A stretch of DNA of 64,000 nt from positions 96,720,001 through 96,784,000 of the forward strand of contig NC_086107.1 of assembly GCF_963921235.1 (NCBI RefSeq), in the 5' to 3' direction. The notes beneath the pieces were generated by a model. The model made no database searches. It saw only the letters and a list, made by a program, of their open reading frames with translations, and was not told the origin of the DNA. The translations under genes and the position numbers were made by a program. Shown here in pieces: positions 35,801-45,408 of the stretch (position 1 is its first letter; each line of letters starts with the position of its first letter). Origin of the DNA: Mobula hypostoma (lineage: Eukaryota).

Positions 35801-37070
35801 ATTCCTATTTTAGGTAACATATTTTTTCCTCCCTCTTTTACGGATCGCGCTTTTCAAACTTGGAAGACTAAGGGTATTTTACGGTTTTTGGATTTATTTT
35901 TAGATGGTTCCCTTATGTCTTTTGAACAATTATCTAATAAATATAACCTATCAAGAATACATTTTTTTAGATATTTACAAGTTAGAAATTTTCTAAGTAC
36001 TATACTTCCTTCCTTTCCAATGCTTCCTCCTATATATATTTTAGATTCGATAATTAACCTTAATCCATGTCAGAAAGGTGCATCGGCTATGATTTATAAT
36101 ATTATTATGAAACTCAGGAAAGCTCCATTTGATAAGATTAGGGTAGATTGGGAACAGGAATTGGGGCTTACCATTTCTGTGGATGATTGGGGGCAGATTT
36201 TACAATTAGTTAATACTTCCTCTATTTGTGCTAAACATTCCCTAATTCAATTTAAAGTGGTGCATAGAGCACATATGTCCAAAGATAAGTTAGCGCGTTT
36301 TTACTCGCATATTAATCCTTTCTGTGATAGATGTTCGGGGCAGATAGCCTCTTTAACTCATATGTTTTGGTCTTGCCCTACTTTGGAAACTTTTTGGAGA
36401 GATATTTTCAATATTATTTCTAAGGTATTAAATATAGATATCTCTCCTCACCCTATTACTGCTATCTTTGGACTACCTAAAATTTCTAGTAATCTTTCCC
36501 CTTCAGCCCGTAGAATGATTGCATTTCTTACTTTAATGGCGAAAAGATGTATTTTACAACATTGGAAAGAGCTTAATGCTCCAACTACCTTTTTTTGGTT
36601 TTCTCAGACGATTTTATGTTTGAATCTGGAGAAAATTAGAAGTAACCTTTATGATTCTTCATTTAAATTTGAACAGATTTGGGGACCTTTTATTCGATAT
36701 TTTCATTTAATGTAATATTTACCCTTCTTGTTTTTTTTCACTGTTTTAATGGAGGTCGGGATTGAGGACGTGATTTTAAGTTTAACTCTGTTTGGTTTCA
36801 AGTTAGCCCATTGCTTTGCTTTGCTTTTAGTTAGTTGCACGGTGGGTTTTTTTTGGGGGTTTTTTTTTCTTTTTTTCCATTGATATATATAAAATCTAGT
36901 ATACTATTATGTTATCTTGGTTTCTTATGCTTAAATTACATTGTTTGTAGTATTTTCTTTTTGGTATTGTTACCTTTTGGAATTTTATTATACTTTAACA
37001 TTGTATTAATGTTTATATGGCTTACCTTTTTTGTATACTTACTCAATAAAAAGATTTAAAAAGAAAGAAA
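32813..37070 (+). mobile_element. 5'-truncated L1-clade LINE with intact ORF2
   Basis: 10-bp TSD GGATTTCCCC (32803-32812 / 37071-37080). AATAAA at 37045 and an A/AAAG tail. Inserted into a Penelope-like fragment. Confidence 0.9.
32939..36715 (+). CDS. L1 ORF2 (APE endonuclease, RT, C-terminal CCHC), 1258 aa
   Basis: SWNTNGLNHPIKR, GGDLN, SDHAPL, GTRQGCPLSP, YADD and CDRC...HMFWSC, with no interruptions. Confidence 0.92.
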   Translation: MESIINFVSWNTNGLNHPIKRKKVFKVFRRLKAQILFLQETHVRRGDRLRFFKFWKGQQFHSNSNAKIRGVSIFIDSSVTFIQQDIISDPNGRFLLVSGLLFNKKVVLVNVYAPNMDCPEFYKSLFDQFPNLNEFSLIWGGDLNTCLSPALDRSAPLRTLPNKSANLINFFLSDSGSTDIWRFLHPQEKDFSFFSHVHHSYSRIDYFFIDSRLIPSVIKCDYDSITISDHAPLKLSIKIMANIPNNRQWRFNSLLLQDSDFVNFMNEQIELFFIINHTEDISVNTLWDTFKAYIRGQIISYSVALRKKQKQEEMAIVDKIKEIDKKYVMAPSEELYKQRTELQMEHSLLLSSSIVNQLKKTRSDFYVHSDKIGKLLANQLKSNYVKSQINQIYNQNDRLILDHVGINQTFCDFYSSLYQSESPRDSKYMNDFLDKLDFPQISQDMSSLLDTSITMDEIKNVIFSMNLGKAPGPDGFTVEFYKCFASLLIPWLYKVFEASLKLGKLPESFNRASISLILKKDKDPAQCASYRPISLLNVDSKVFSKLLANRLEKVLPSIISEDQTGFIKGRYSFYNIRTLLNIVYTPSQNVPECVISLDAEKAFDRVEWPYLFKVLEMFNFSLKFISWIKLLYHSPVASVRTNSLNSPFFPLFRGTRQGCPLSPLLFDIALEPLAIAIRESSNITGITRGLKSHKLSLYADDLLLYISNPERSIPAVLELLAQFGLFSGYKLNLSKSELFPINKHLPLYYKFPFKLINNYLSYLGIKITCKHKDLFKTNFLPLIDHITQLSSKWFPLYLTLIGRINAVKMFFLPKFLYVFQALPIFVPKSFFDKVDSKISSFIWQNKNPRLGKIHLQKAKRDGGLALPNFRFYYWAINIRHMKFWLLDRDILSIPKWVALELQSVQGYTLGSILGSSLPFDSKRLKQVSNPIVKYALRIWFQFRKFFDLNQFGLAIPILGNIFFPPSFTDRAFQTWKTKGILRFLDLFLDGSLMSFEQLSNKYNLSRIHFFRYLQVRNFLSTILPSFPMLPPIYILDSIINLNPCQKGASAMIYNIIMKLRKAPFDKIRVDWEQELGLTISVDDWGQILQLVNTSSICAKHSLIQFKVVHRAHMSKDKLARFYSHINPFCDRCSGQIASLTHMFWSCPTLETFWRDIFNIISKVLNIDISPHPITAIFGLPKISSNLSPSARRMIAFLTLMAKRCILQHWKELNAPTTFFWFSQTILCLNLEKIRSNLYDSSFKFEQIWGPFIRYFHLM

Positions 37071-37569
37071 GGATTTCCCCTTCTCCAGCCCTTTATCTCT
37101 TTCACCAATCAACTTCCCAGCTCTTTACTTCATCCCTCCCTCTCTCCTGGTTTCACCCATCACCTACTACCTTGTACGTCTTCCTCTACTCCCTCACCTT
37201 CTTACTCTGACTTCTCACCTCCTTTTTCCCCAGTCCTGATGAACGGTCTCATCCCAAAACATCGACTGTTTACTCTTCTCCATCGATGCCGCCTGACCTG
37301 CTGAGTTCCTCCAGCATTTTGTGTGTGTTGCTTTGGATTTCCAACACCTGCAGATTTTCTCTCATTTGTGGTTCCTGTATGTGGCATTTGCTCAGCATGA
37401 TAATCAGCCTTCATTTCTTGTCGCTCTGTTGCAGCTTGAGTTCTCCAATTCTTAATCACATTGGCTGTTGGAATTTCTTCAGTAATTAACTTTAAAAAAG
37501 ATTCTGTTTAGTTAACTGAACTACTGTTTTCTCTGAGGTGTTGAAGGTTCAGGGGAGACCTGAGGACTG

Positions 37570-38045
37570 TATAACCATATAACAATTACAGTACGGAAAC
37601 AGGCCATCTCGGCCCTTCTAGTCTGTGCCGAACGCTTACTCTCACCTAGTCCCACCAACCTGCACTCAGCCCATAACCCTCCATTCCTTTCCTGTCCATA
37701 TAGCTATCCAATTTAACTTTAAACAACAACATCGAACCTGCCTCAACCACTTCTGCTGGAAGCTCGTTCCACACAGCTACCACTCTCTGAGCAAAGAAGT
37801 TCCCCCTCATGTTACCCCTAAACTTTTGCCCTTTAACTCTCAACTCATGTCCTCTTGTTTGATTCTCCCCCAATCTCAATGGAAAAAAAGCCTATCCACG
37901 TCAACTCTATCTATCCCCCTCATAATTTTAAATACCTCTATCAAGTCCCCCCTCAACCTTCTACATTCCAAAGAATAAAGACCCAAATTGTTCAACCTTT
38001 CTCTGTGACTTAGGTGATGAAACCCAGGTAACATTCTAGTAAATC
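37570..38045 (-). mobile_element. CR1 3' fragment
   Basis: TRGHELRVKG...RGNFFAQRVVAVWNELP. Confidence 0.8.
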
Positions 38046-38475
38046 TTATAAAACTAATGAGGTTTACAGAAAGGGCAGACAGTCAGAATCTTTTACCCAC
38101 CCAAGATCGAAACGTCAGCTCCTAGGGGCATGCATTAAAATTGAGAAGGGGGACATTGAATGAGATATTCAGGGCGGAGGTTTTGCACAGGGAGTGTTGG
38201 GTGCCTGAAACGGGCTGCCAGGAGCGGAGGTGGAAGCAGATAAGGGAGTGGTTTTTAAGGGGCTGTTAGACAGGTGAATTTTAGGGATATAGATCATGTA
38301 CAGGCTGAATTATTCGTTCATTTTGACCTTGTGTTGGTACAGACGTTGTGGGCCAGGGCTTGGCTCCTGTACTGCTCTGCTCTATGCTTGTTGGTCCACA
38401 AAAGAACATAATCTTACCACAAAGTGGTTACAATGTCAAGTTTGGAAAAACTTATATATTCACTTTGATTATTAA

Positions 38476-39090
38476 TGAAACCCGCTGTTTCCTTGGCTGC
38501 ACAAGTCTGGGGTAGGCACCCTTTGGTACCGCCAGATTTGTGAGATTGAGACAGTTCTCGCACCCCAAATCTCGGTTTGTGTGAATGCCGTGTAATTTGC
38601 TACCCCGTTACAAATCAGTGCCACGAAATAACAGTCTGCATACGGTTACAGGAATTATATTTATGAATCTTAACTTAACTAAAGGGTTTGTAAAGAAAAA
38701 CAAAAAGAAAAAGGCCCATTGCAATTAAACAGTTGAATGCGCACAAGCTGGAGCTCAACGCCTCACCATATTCACCGATCCTCAATTGATCTCGGCATCT
38801 GGCTTCGTCGCATCATGGTCCCGCACTGGGTTGAATCCTACTACCAGTTTTCTCCAGTGTCTTCTCTCTTCATCTCCCGCTGAGCAAAAGCCCCAAGCCC
38901 AACCTTAGTGTCCCTCACCAGAAAAACCTCCCCCCGGTTCCACCATCCTGATTGGATGGCTCACGTTCCTCTGCATCCCTTATCTCCAACCATAACCCAA
39001 ACGGACTGAAAGCAGAACAGACTGCTCGTACAGAACCGCTAAATGAAATACCTACAGCATAACAGTAAAGGCGTGAACCGGGACATTGCA
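38476..39090. mobile_element. Probable solo LTR
   Basis: TG...CA ends, flanks TTAA/TTTA, ends 12 nt upstream of the C1 exon. Confidence 0.5.
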
Positions 39091-39102
39091 TTTATATTTC
39101 AG

Positions 39103-39336
39103 GAGTTTCCGAAAATGCACGTGAAAGGGGAAAAACAGGATCCGATTGCTTCATTACTGGATTCACAGGAAATGACATGCAGATTCTGTGGGATGTGACA
39201 TTGAGTAACAGGACTATGGGCACCCAAGGCCGAATGAGGAGCTTTAATGTCCAGTGCAAAGTCAGCCTGGAGGATGGTCGAGGAATGATGCAATCGTGTC
39301 AATGTGAAACCATGGATGCAAATACCACGTTGGGAA
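39103..39336 (+). CDS. Compact C1-set-like Ig constant domain exon
   Basis: tttatatttcAG acceptor and GTAAGT donor, phase 1-1. Encodes (G)VSENARERGKTGSDCFITGFTGNDMQILWDVTLSNRTMGTQGRMRSFNVQCKVSLEDGRGMMQSCQCETMDANTTLG. CFITGFTGNDMQILW has the C-x3-GF-x3-D-x2-I-x-W spacing of C1 domains. Too short after its first ATG to appear in the ORF track. Confidence 0.75.
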
Positions 39337-39859
39337 GTAAGTAGTGATTAGTGTTCGGTGAGAAAGGGCAGTCCAGGGTATAGCCAGAGCAAGAATCAGA
39401 TCTTCCCTGGGTTACTTGTAGACAGGCCGTGCATATGAACAAGAGTCTGAAAGCCTGGTGAGATGGATGTAGAGGGATTTACTGGTTGCTGTGGGGCAAC
39501 AGGCATCTGCTGGTGGGAAGGGGGACATTTCTCTCCACGAGTCACAACAATCAGAGGCTGAAGTGGAGCTGAGCAGATTGGGGAGCTCGGAGCAGACTCA
39601 CTTCCTCCCCCGCTGAGTCAGTGAGGCCGTTTGGTGGCTGCACTTTCTGTGCCTTCTTGCTCTCCCGTTACCTTTGTTTCTGCTGATTTCTGACGGACAG
39701 ACAGGTATCAGGAACTGAACCCTGTCGTGTCTTGTGGACTGCCTGTACCAAAAGATCACAGGGTCAAAACCTGGAGCGTTTCCCTGACTGCAGCGGGATA
39801 GTTGTAACCTGCACCACCTTCATGAGGTGGTGTGTCACACAGGCAGGGGCACTAGAGGT

Positions 39860-40125
39860 TCTGTAGTGCCGGAAATCCAGAGCACAGAAACATTGGAGGA
39901 ACTCAGCAGGTCTGGCAGCATCTATGGAGGAGTTACATGGCCTTTTCAGGCTGAGACCCTTCATCAGGACTGGAAAAGAAGGGGGAAGAAGCCAGAATAA
40001 GGTGTGAGATGGGGAAGGAGTACAACTGGCAGGTGATAGATGAAGGAGAATGAGAGAGGGGATGAGGTGAAAAGCTGGGCGGTGAAGTCGGAAGAGGTAA
40101 AGGGTTATAGATAGGGTCAAACACT
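39860..40125 (-). mobile_element. Penelope-like pseudo-LTR fragment
   Basis: Reverse complement gives CCAGTCCTGATGAAGGGTCTCAGCCTGAAAAGG and the family 3' end. Confidence 0.7.
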
Positions 40126-40262
40126 CAGGCTGATGTAGTCTTTCATGATTCTATTATTCTGGGATGGTGGTGAAAATTGGTAGCTCGGGTTGAGGCGTTT
40201 GATGCCGTGGTGTTCACTGAACTTGATAATTAGTTTGCAGACAGTTCATCACCAGTCAAGGT

Positions 40263-40996
40263 TGCTACGTACCCCGTAATGGGTTAAAGAACCAGCAGAA
40301 ATGGAAAACACTTTGGAGTCTGGTATTGCTATTAACTAATGGTATTTATTAGTAACTACGCAATACAGTAATATACATTCAGATATATCAACCAGATTAG
40401 CAAAGCTCATGCATATATATAAGTGTGGAAATATAAAAACTAAGCTTCTTCAAGCCTAGGGGGTAAATGGATACAGTCTTACGGTGATGGGTAAATGAAA
40501 TCAGTTCAGTTTGTGGTATTGAGTTGAGTAGTGATGGAGAGAGGGAGGTGTTGTGGTTGTCTGAGTGAGCCGATGCCGTCGATTCTTCCCTTTGTCCTCC
40601 GAAACTTCCAAGTTAGCCAAACTTGACCAACTTAAGAGCACCGTCTTCAAGTGATAGTCTACCAACCCAGGCAAAGGTTAGACACTCGGGTAGACTCCAC
40701 AGGGTCGCTCTTTCACGCACTAATAATCACAGATCAATACCTCGTTATTGATCCTCAGTCCCACACTCGTGGGCACCTGAAAAGGATAGTGGTAACTTCA
40801 CCACACCCTAGTGCGTCTGCGTGTCCTGTGAAACAGGCAATTACGCTGGTTTAAATGCTGTTGTACTGAACACCACCTGTCCATCAAGTAGCTCCTCCCT
40901 TCTCTCTCTGTAACAAGTTGTTTGTGCTGTACAGCTGCACGCTCTCTCTTTTTTTAAAAGCACAGTCCCTAATGAATAACTCAGGATATCGTCACA
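40263..40996. mobile_element. Solo LTR with 4-bp TSD
   Basis: TGCTACG...CGTCACA termini; AGGT duplicated at 40259-40262 and 40997-41000. Confidence 0.7.
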
Positions 40997-41466
40997 AGGT
41001 GATGTCCTCAGTGAGCGGTTGTTGGTGTTCCTCTGTGGAATAATTTGTCTTATTGATTATTGGACACTTATTTAATTTTAAAGCTGGTTATATCGTTACT
41101 TTGTCTGGTGGTGGAGAGCGATGGCACAGGCAGGTAGGACAGTGATTTGACCAAAGTGTAAAGCGTGAATGGTGCGAACGAGCCCCTGGTTGGCGGTGGT
41201 GAGTTGTTGGTTTTGGTGGGATCGTCACTGACCTACATTCTGACAGTGCCAAGCTTCAGGAATAGTTTTGGTTAGCTGCAGCCGCTCACCAAGGTCCCAG
41301 CGGTGTACGCGTAACTCAAACTGGTTGGTCTTTCATAAACTGGTACGACTTTTGTAATAAAGGAAAATGCCACTGCATTTCATACAAATCAGAGGGCACT
41401 GCCTTTCTCGTTACTTTACCCCTGTGATACTCTGCATGACTGCTAATTACATTTCTTACCTTGAAG

Positions 41467-41583
41467 GCACAGATATTCCCTGGGGCCTGAATATGCTGAG
41501 CCAGAATCTATGTGGAGTCATCGGTCTATTAATAGTAATCCTGTTCTGCGTACTCATCTATTTCAACTGCTTCAGTGGTAAAG
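41467..41583 (+). CDS. Transmembrane exon of the receptor
   Basis: catttcttaccttgaAG acceptor and GTAAGC donor, phase 1-1. Encodes TDIPWGLNMLSQNLCGVIGLLIVILFCVLIYFNCFSGK, with a ~22-residue hydrophobic stretch and no charged residue. Confidence 0.82.
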
Positions 41584-41774
41584 GTAAGCTCGTGCTCGCC
41601 TGGTGTGGCTAGTTGGACAGCTTCTGTGATACTCTTGTAAAGCCACTGCAGCAGCTCGTGTCTCCCAGGAACCTGACCATCAGTTGTAACTCCCTACCAC
41701 AGTAATTCCTCTAATTGTACAACTGTGCACATCCGAAATGAACTCAATGGTTGAACCTCTTGGTATTTTCACAG

Positions 41775-41839
41775 CTTTGAAACATCCGTCAGTTAACAGC
41801 CTGATTAAAACGTCAAGACTGACTGAAGCGGGCCCCAGG
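41775..41839 (+). CDS. First cytoplasmic exon of the receptor
   Basis: ggtattttcacAG acceptor and GTAAGG donor at 41840, phase 1 to 0. Encodes (A)LKHPSVNSLIKTSRLTEAGPR and supplies the phase change needed to reach the last exon. Confidence 0.65.
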
Positions 41840-42679
41840 GTAAGGAAGCCTACAGTCCCCTTGCTTTGCCTCTGTGCCTCACTCTTCCATTAACCTGCTC
41901 CCTCTTTGTAAAGCTAAGTTGCCAGGGTAAGACGGGTGGGAAACAGCGCATGATGGGATGAAGCCAGTGGATATGTCTAGTCGCATGGCGCTGATATTAA
42001 CGCCACGGGAGGGCTGTCAGCGCTGTTTTGTGAGCCTCTAGAAGAGTGGCCGGGCACTTCCCACACGGAATCACGCTTGCACTGGTCCACATTGTCAATG
42101 CTGATATCCTTCTCCAAGCAGTCCCGGGTGAGTGACTGCCCCTCTGGGCACGGCCAAGCTCCCCGCTGGACTTGTTGAAGCCTCACTGGTTAAATAACTG
42201 GCTGGACTCACCTCAGCCGCAGCCTTAAACCCTTTGGAGGAGCCTTCGACCATGGAGACTTCCATTCGGGTTGTTCCTGCCATCTTCACGGCAGCTTTCT
42301 GTACCGGTGTGGACCAGGCAAGGCTCCGGGCCACATTGGGAGAGGAATGGATGAGCCCACATTAACAAAAGTTAACAATTCAAGCTCCACCCCAACTTTT
42401 GTACAGGTTGTTCACCAGGGACAGACCCAGGGTCAGCGTTGGCTGCCTTGTCAGTTGGTAGCAAGGTCACTGTCAGGGTCAAGGCCATGGCCACAGTTGT
42501 GGTCAGGGTGGGAGGACTGTCACAGTCCAGGAGAGGGGTGGGGTTTATCACAGTCAAGGTCAGGGCCATTTTCACAGTAAGGGTCAAGGCCACTGTTGAC
42601 ATCCACTGACAGGGTCACCACCACGGGTGTGTCCAAGGTGACATCATAGCTGGGGGCTATCATGGTCAGGGCCAAGGTT

Positions 42680-43925
42680 GTTATCACAGTCAGGGTGGGG
42701 GGGGTCTATCACAGGATGGAGGGGCTATCACAGTCAGGGTGGGGGGGGGGTCTATCACAGGATGGGGTGGCTATCACAGTCAGGGTGGTGGGGGGTCTAT
42801 CACAGTCAGGGTGGGGGGTCTATCACAGTCAGGGTGAGGGGTCTATCACAGTCAGGGTGGAGGGTCTATCACAGTCAGGGTGAGGGGTCTATCACAGTCA
42901 GGGTGGTGAGGGGGTCTATCAGTCAGCATGGTGAGGGGAGTCTATCACAGTCAGGGTGGGGGGTCTATCACAGTCAAGGTGGAGGGTTTATCACAGTCAG
43001 GGTGGTGGGGGGTCTATCACAGTCAGGGTGGGGGTCTATCACAGTCAGGGTGAGGGGGGTCTATCACAGTCAGGGTGGGGGGTCTATCACAGTCAGGGTG
43101 AGGGGTCTATCACAGTCAGGGTGGTGGGGGGTCTATCACAGTCAGGGTGGGGGGGGTCTATCACAGGATGGGGGGGCTATCACAGTCAGGGTGGTGGGGG
43201 GTCTATCACAGTCAGGGTGGGGGGTCTATCACAGTCAGGGTGAGGGGTCTATCACAGTCAGGGTGGAGGGTCTATCACAGTCAGGGTGAGGGGTCTATCA
43301 CAGTCAGGGTGGTGAGGGGGTCTATCAGTCAGCATGGTGAGGGGAGTCTATCACAGTCAGGGTGGGGGGTCTATCACAGTCAAGGTGGAGGGTTTATCAC
43401 AGTCAGGGTGGTGGGGGGTCTATCACAGTCAGGGTGGGGGGTCTATCACAGTCAGGGTGAGGGGTCTATCACAGTCAGGGTGGTGGGGGGTCTATCACAG
43501 TCAGGGTGGGGGGTCTATCACAGTCAGGGTGAGGGGTCTATCACAGTCAGGGTGGTGAGGGGGTCTATCACAGTCAGGGTGGTGGGGGGGTCTATCAGTC
43601 AGGGTGGTGAGGGGAGTCTATCACAGTCAGGGTGGTGGGGGTCTATCACAGTCAGGGTGAGGGGGTGTCTATCACAGGATGGGGGGCTATCACAGTCAGG
43701 GTAGGGGGTCTATCACAGGATGGGGGGGCTATCACAGTCAGGGTGGGGGGTCTATCACAGTCAAGGTGGAGGGTCTATCACAGTCAGGGTGGGGGGGTCT
43801 ATCACAGTCGGGGTGAGGGGTCTATCACAGTCAGGGTGGGGGTCTATCACAGTCAGGGTGGTGAGGGGTCTATCACAGTCAGGGCGGTGGGGGGTCTATC
43901 ACAGTCAGGGTGAGGTGGGCTATCA
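42680..43925. repeat. G-rich minisatellite, unit GGGTCTATCACAGTCAGGGTG(N) of ~20-27 bp
   Basis: Roughly 50-60 direct copies of an invariant TCTATCACAGTCAGGGTG core with variable G-run linkers. Confidence 0.95.
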
Positions 43926-44419
43926 CAATCAGAATGGGGTAGGCAATCACATCACCACACTCAGATTCTTTGAGTCTGGTTTAACCGTGGCTGACTTTGA
44001 CAGTTCCTCGTTAGAAGTAATGAGGTCTCTGAAGGTTATGCTCCCACCAAGGAAGGGGACCTGATCAGTTTTTCCTCATTTCAAAGCTCACTAATATGCT
44101 ATGAATTGCAGAGACACAGGCGACTGACTGCCGAGGCTGGAGTCAGGAGCATCAAGCAATCTGCCGGAAGAATTCCGCAGGTTGAGAATCATCTGGGTGA
44201 ATGGAGTTGTTGATGTATCAGGTTGACACCCTGCTCTGTGACATCAGAATGTGGGGTCTTGACTCGATATGCTGCTAATTCCCATACCCCAACAGATGCT
44301 GCTCAACCCACTAAGTTCCTCCAGCAGGTTGTTTTTAGCTATGAATTATCATTGTCATCATTATGTGCTGTGTCATGTGAGGTCATCATTATGTGCTGTG
44401 CCGTGTGATGTTGGCAAAC

Positions 44420-44880
44420 ATGGGATCTCCCAGTGGCCACACATTTTAATTCCACATCCCATTCCCATTCTGACATGTCTATCCACGGCCTCCTCTACTG
44501 TAAAGCTGAAGCCACATTCAGGTTGGAGGAACAACACCTTATATTCTGTCTGGGTAGCCTCCAACCTGATGGCATGAACATCGACTTCTCTAACTTCTGC
44601 TAATGCCCCACCTCCCTCTCGTACCCCATCTGTTATTTATTTATATACACACATTCTTTTTCTCTCTCTCCTTTTTCTCCCTCTGTCCCTCTCACTATAC
44701 CCCTTGCCCATTGACTGGGCTTGCCCCCCTCCCCCTTTTCTTTCTCCCTAGGCCTCCTGTCCCATGATCCTCTCATATTTCTTTTGCCAATCACCTGTCC
44801 AGCTCTTGGCTCCATCCCTCCCCCTCCTGTCTTCTCCTATCATTTCGGATCTCCCCCTCCCCCTCTCAACCCTTTGGGTG
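44420..44880 (+). mobile_element. Penelope-like GIY-YIG / pseudo-LTR fragment
   Basis: GGTTGGAGGAACAACACCTTATATTCTGTCTGGGTAGCCTCCAACCTGATGGCATG, shared with the palindrome arms. Confidence 0.8.
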
Positions 44881-44968
44881 CTAATGGAAACAAAAGGGTC
44901 TCTGCAGTGCACTGTCAGTGGGGAGACAGCTAGGTACAAGTTAGCTGCCCCCTACCCTGCTCCCGCAT

Positions 44969-45250
44969 TGGGCACCATGGTAGCGTAGCAGTTAAAAACA
45001 GCACTATTACAGCTTAAAACGTTCTGGAGTTCAATTCCGGTGCCGTTCTGTTTGGATTCTCTGTATGTCCTCCCCGTGGAATGCGTGGGTATTCCTAGTT
45101 CCCTCCCACAGCCCAAAGACGTACCGGGTAGGTTAATTCGTCATTGTAAATTGTCCCGTGATTAGGTCAGGGTTAATAGGGTTTATCAGGAGTTACTGGG
45201 GTGACTTGGCTCAAGGGGCTGGAAGGCCCTCCTCCATGCTGTCTTTCTAA
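44969..45250 (+). mobile_element. tRNA-derived SINE (HE1-like)
   Basis: GGTAGCGTAGCAG A-box, GAGTTCAATTCC B-box and core CTCCCACAGCCCAAAGACGTAC. Confidence 0.75.
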
Positions 45251-45408
45251 GTAACTAAAAAATAGAGTATCCACTGTATTTCAAAGGTACTTTCTAGCAA
45301 GTCCTGTGGATGTGAGAAATGGCTCATTTTTTCTACAATGAATATGTTTCCACCTTTGAGATTTACTTTGGTTAACGCAGTCTTTTACATCCTCCCAATC
45401 TTCAAAAG

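Noticed and set aside
41981-42127. Possible extra cytoplasmic exon (...SRLHWSTLSML...) ending in GTGAGT
   Set aside because: The in-phase acceptor lacks a pyrimidine tract, the motif has Trp rather than Tyr, and the model does not need it.
22238-42300. Scattered - strand exon-like segments (22238-22327, 28430-28960, 42212-42296)
   Set aside because: Isolated splice-like signals with no consistent frame or recognisable protein.
42680-43925. Repeated CACAGTC as an array of RSS heptamers, or the array as CRISPR-like
   Set aside because: One mismatch to CACAGTG, no nonamer at 12/23 spacing, and linkers are just G-runs rather than unique spacers. ORFs over the array are repeat artefacts.
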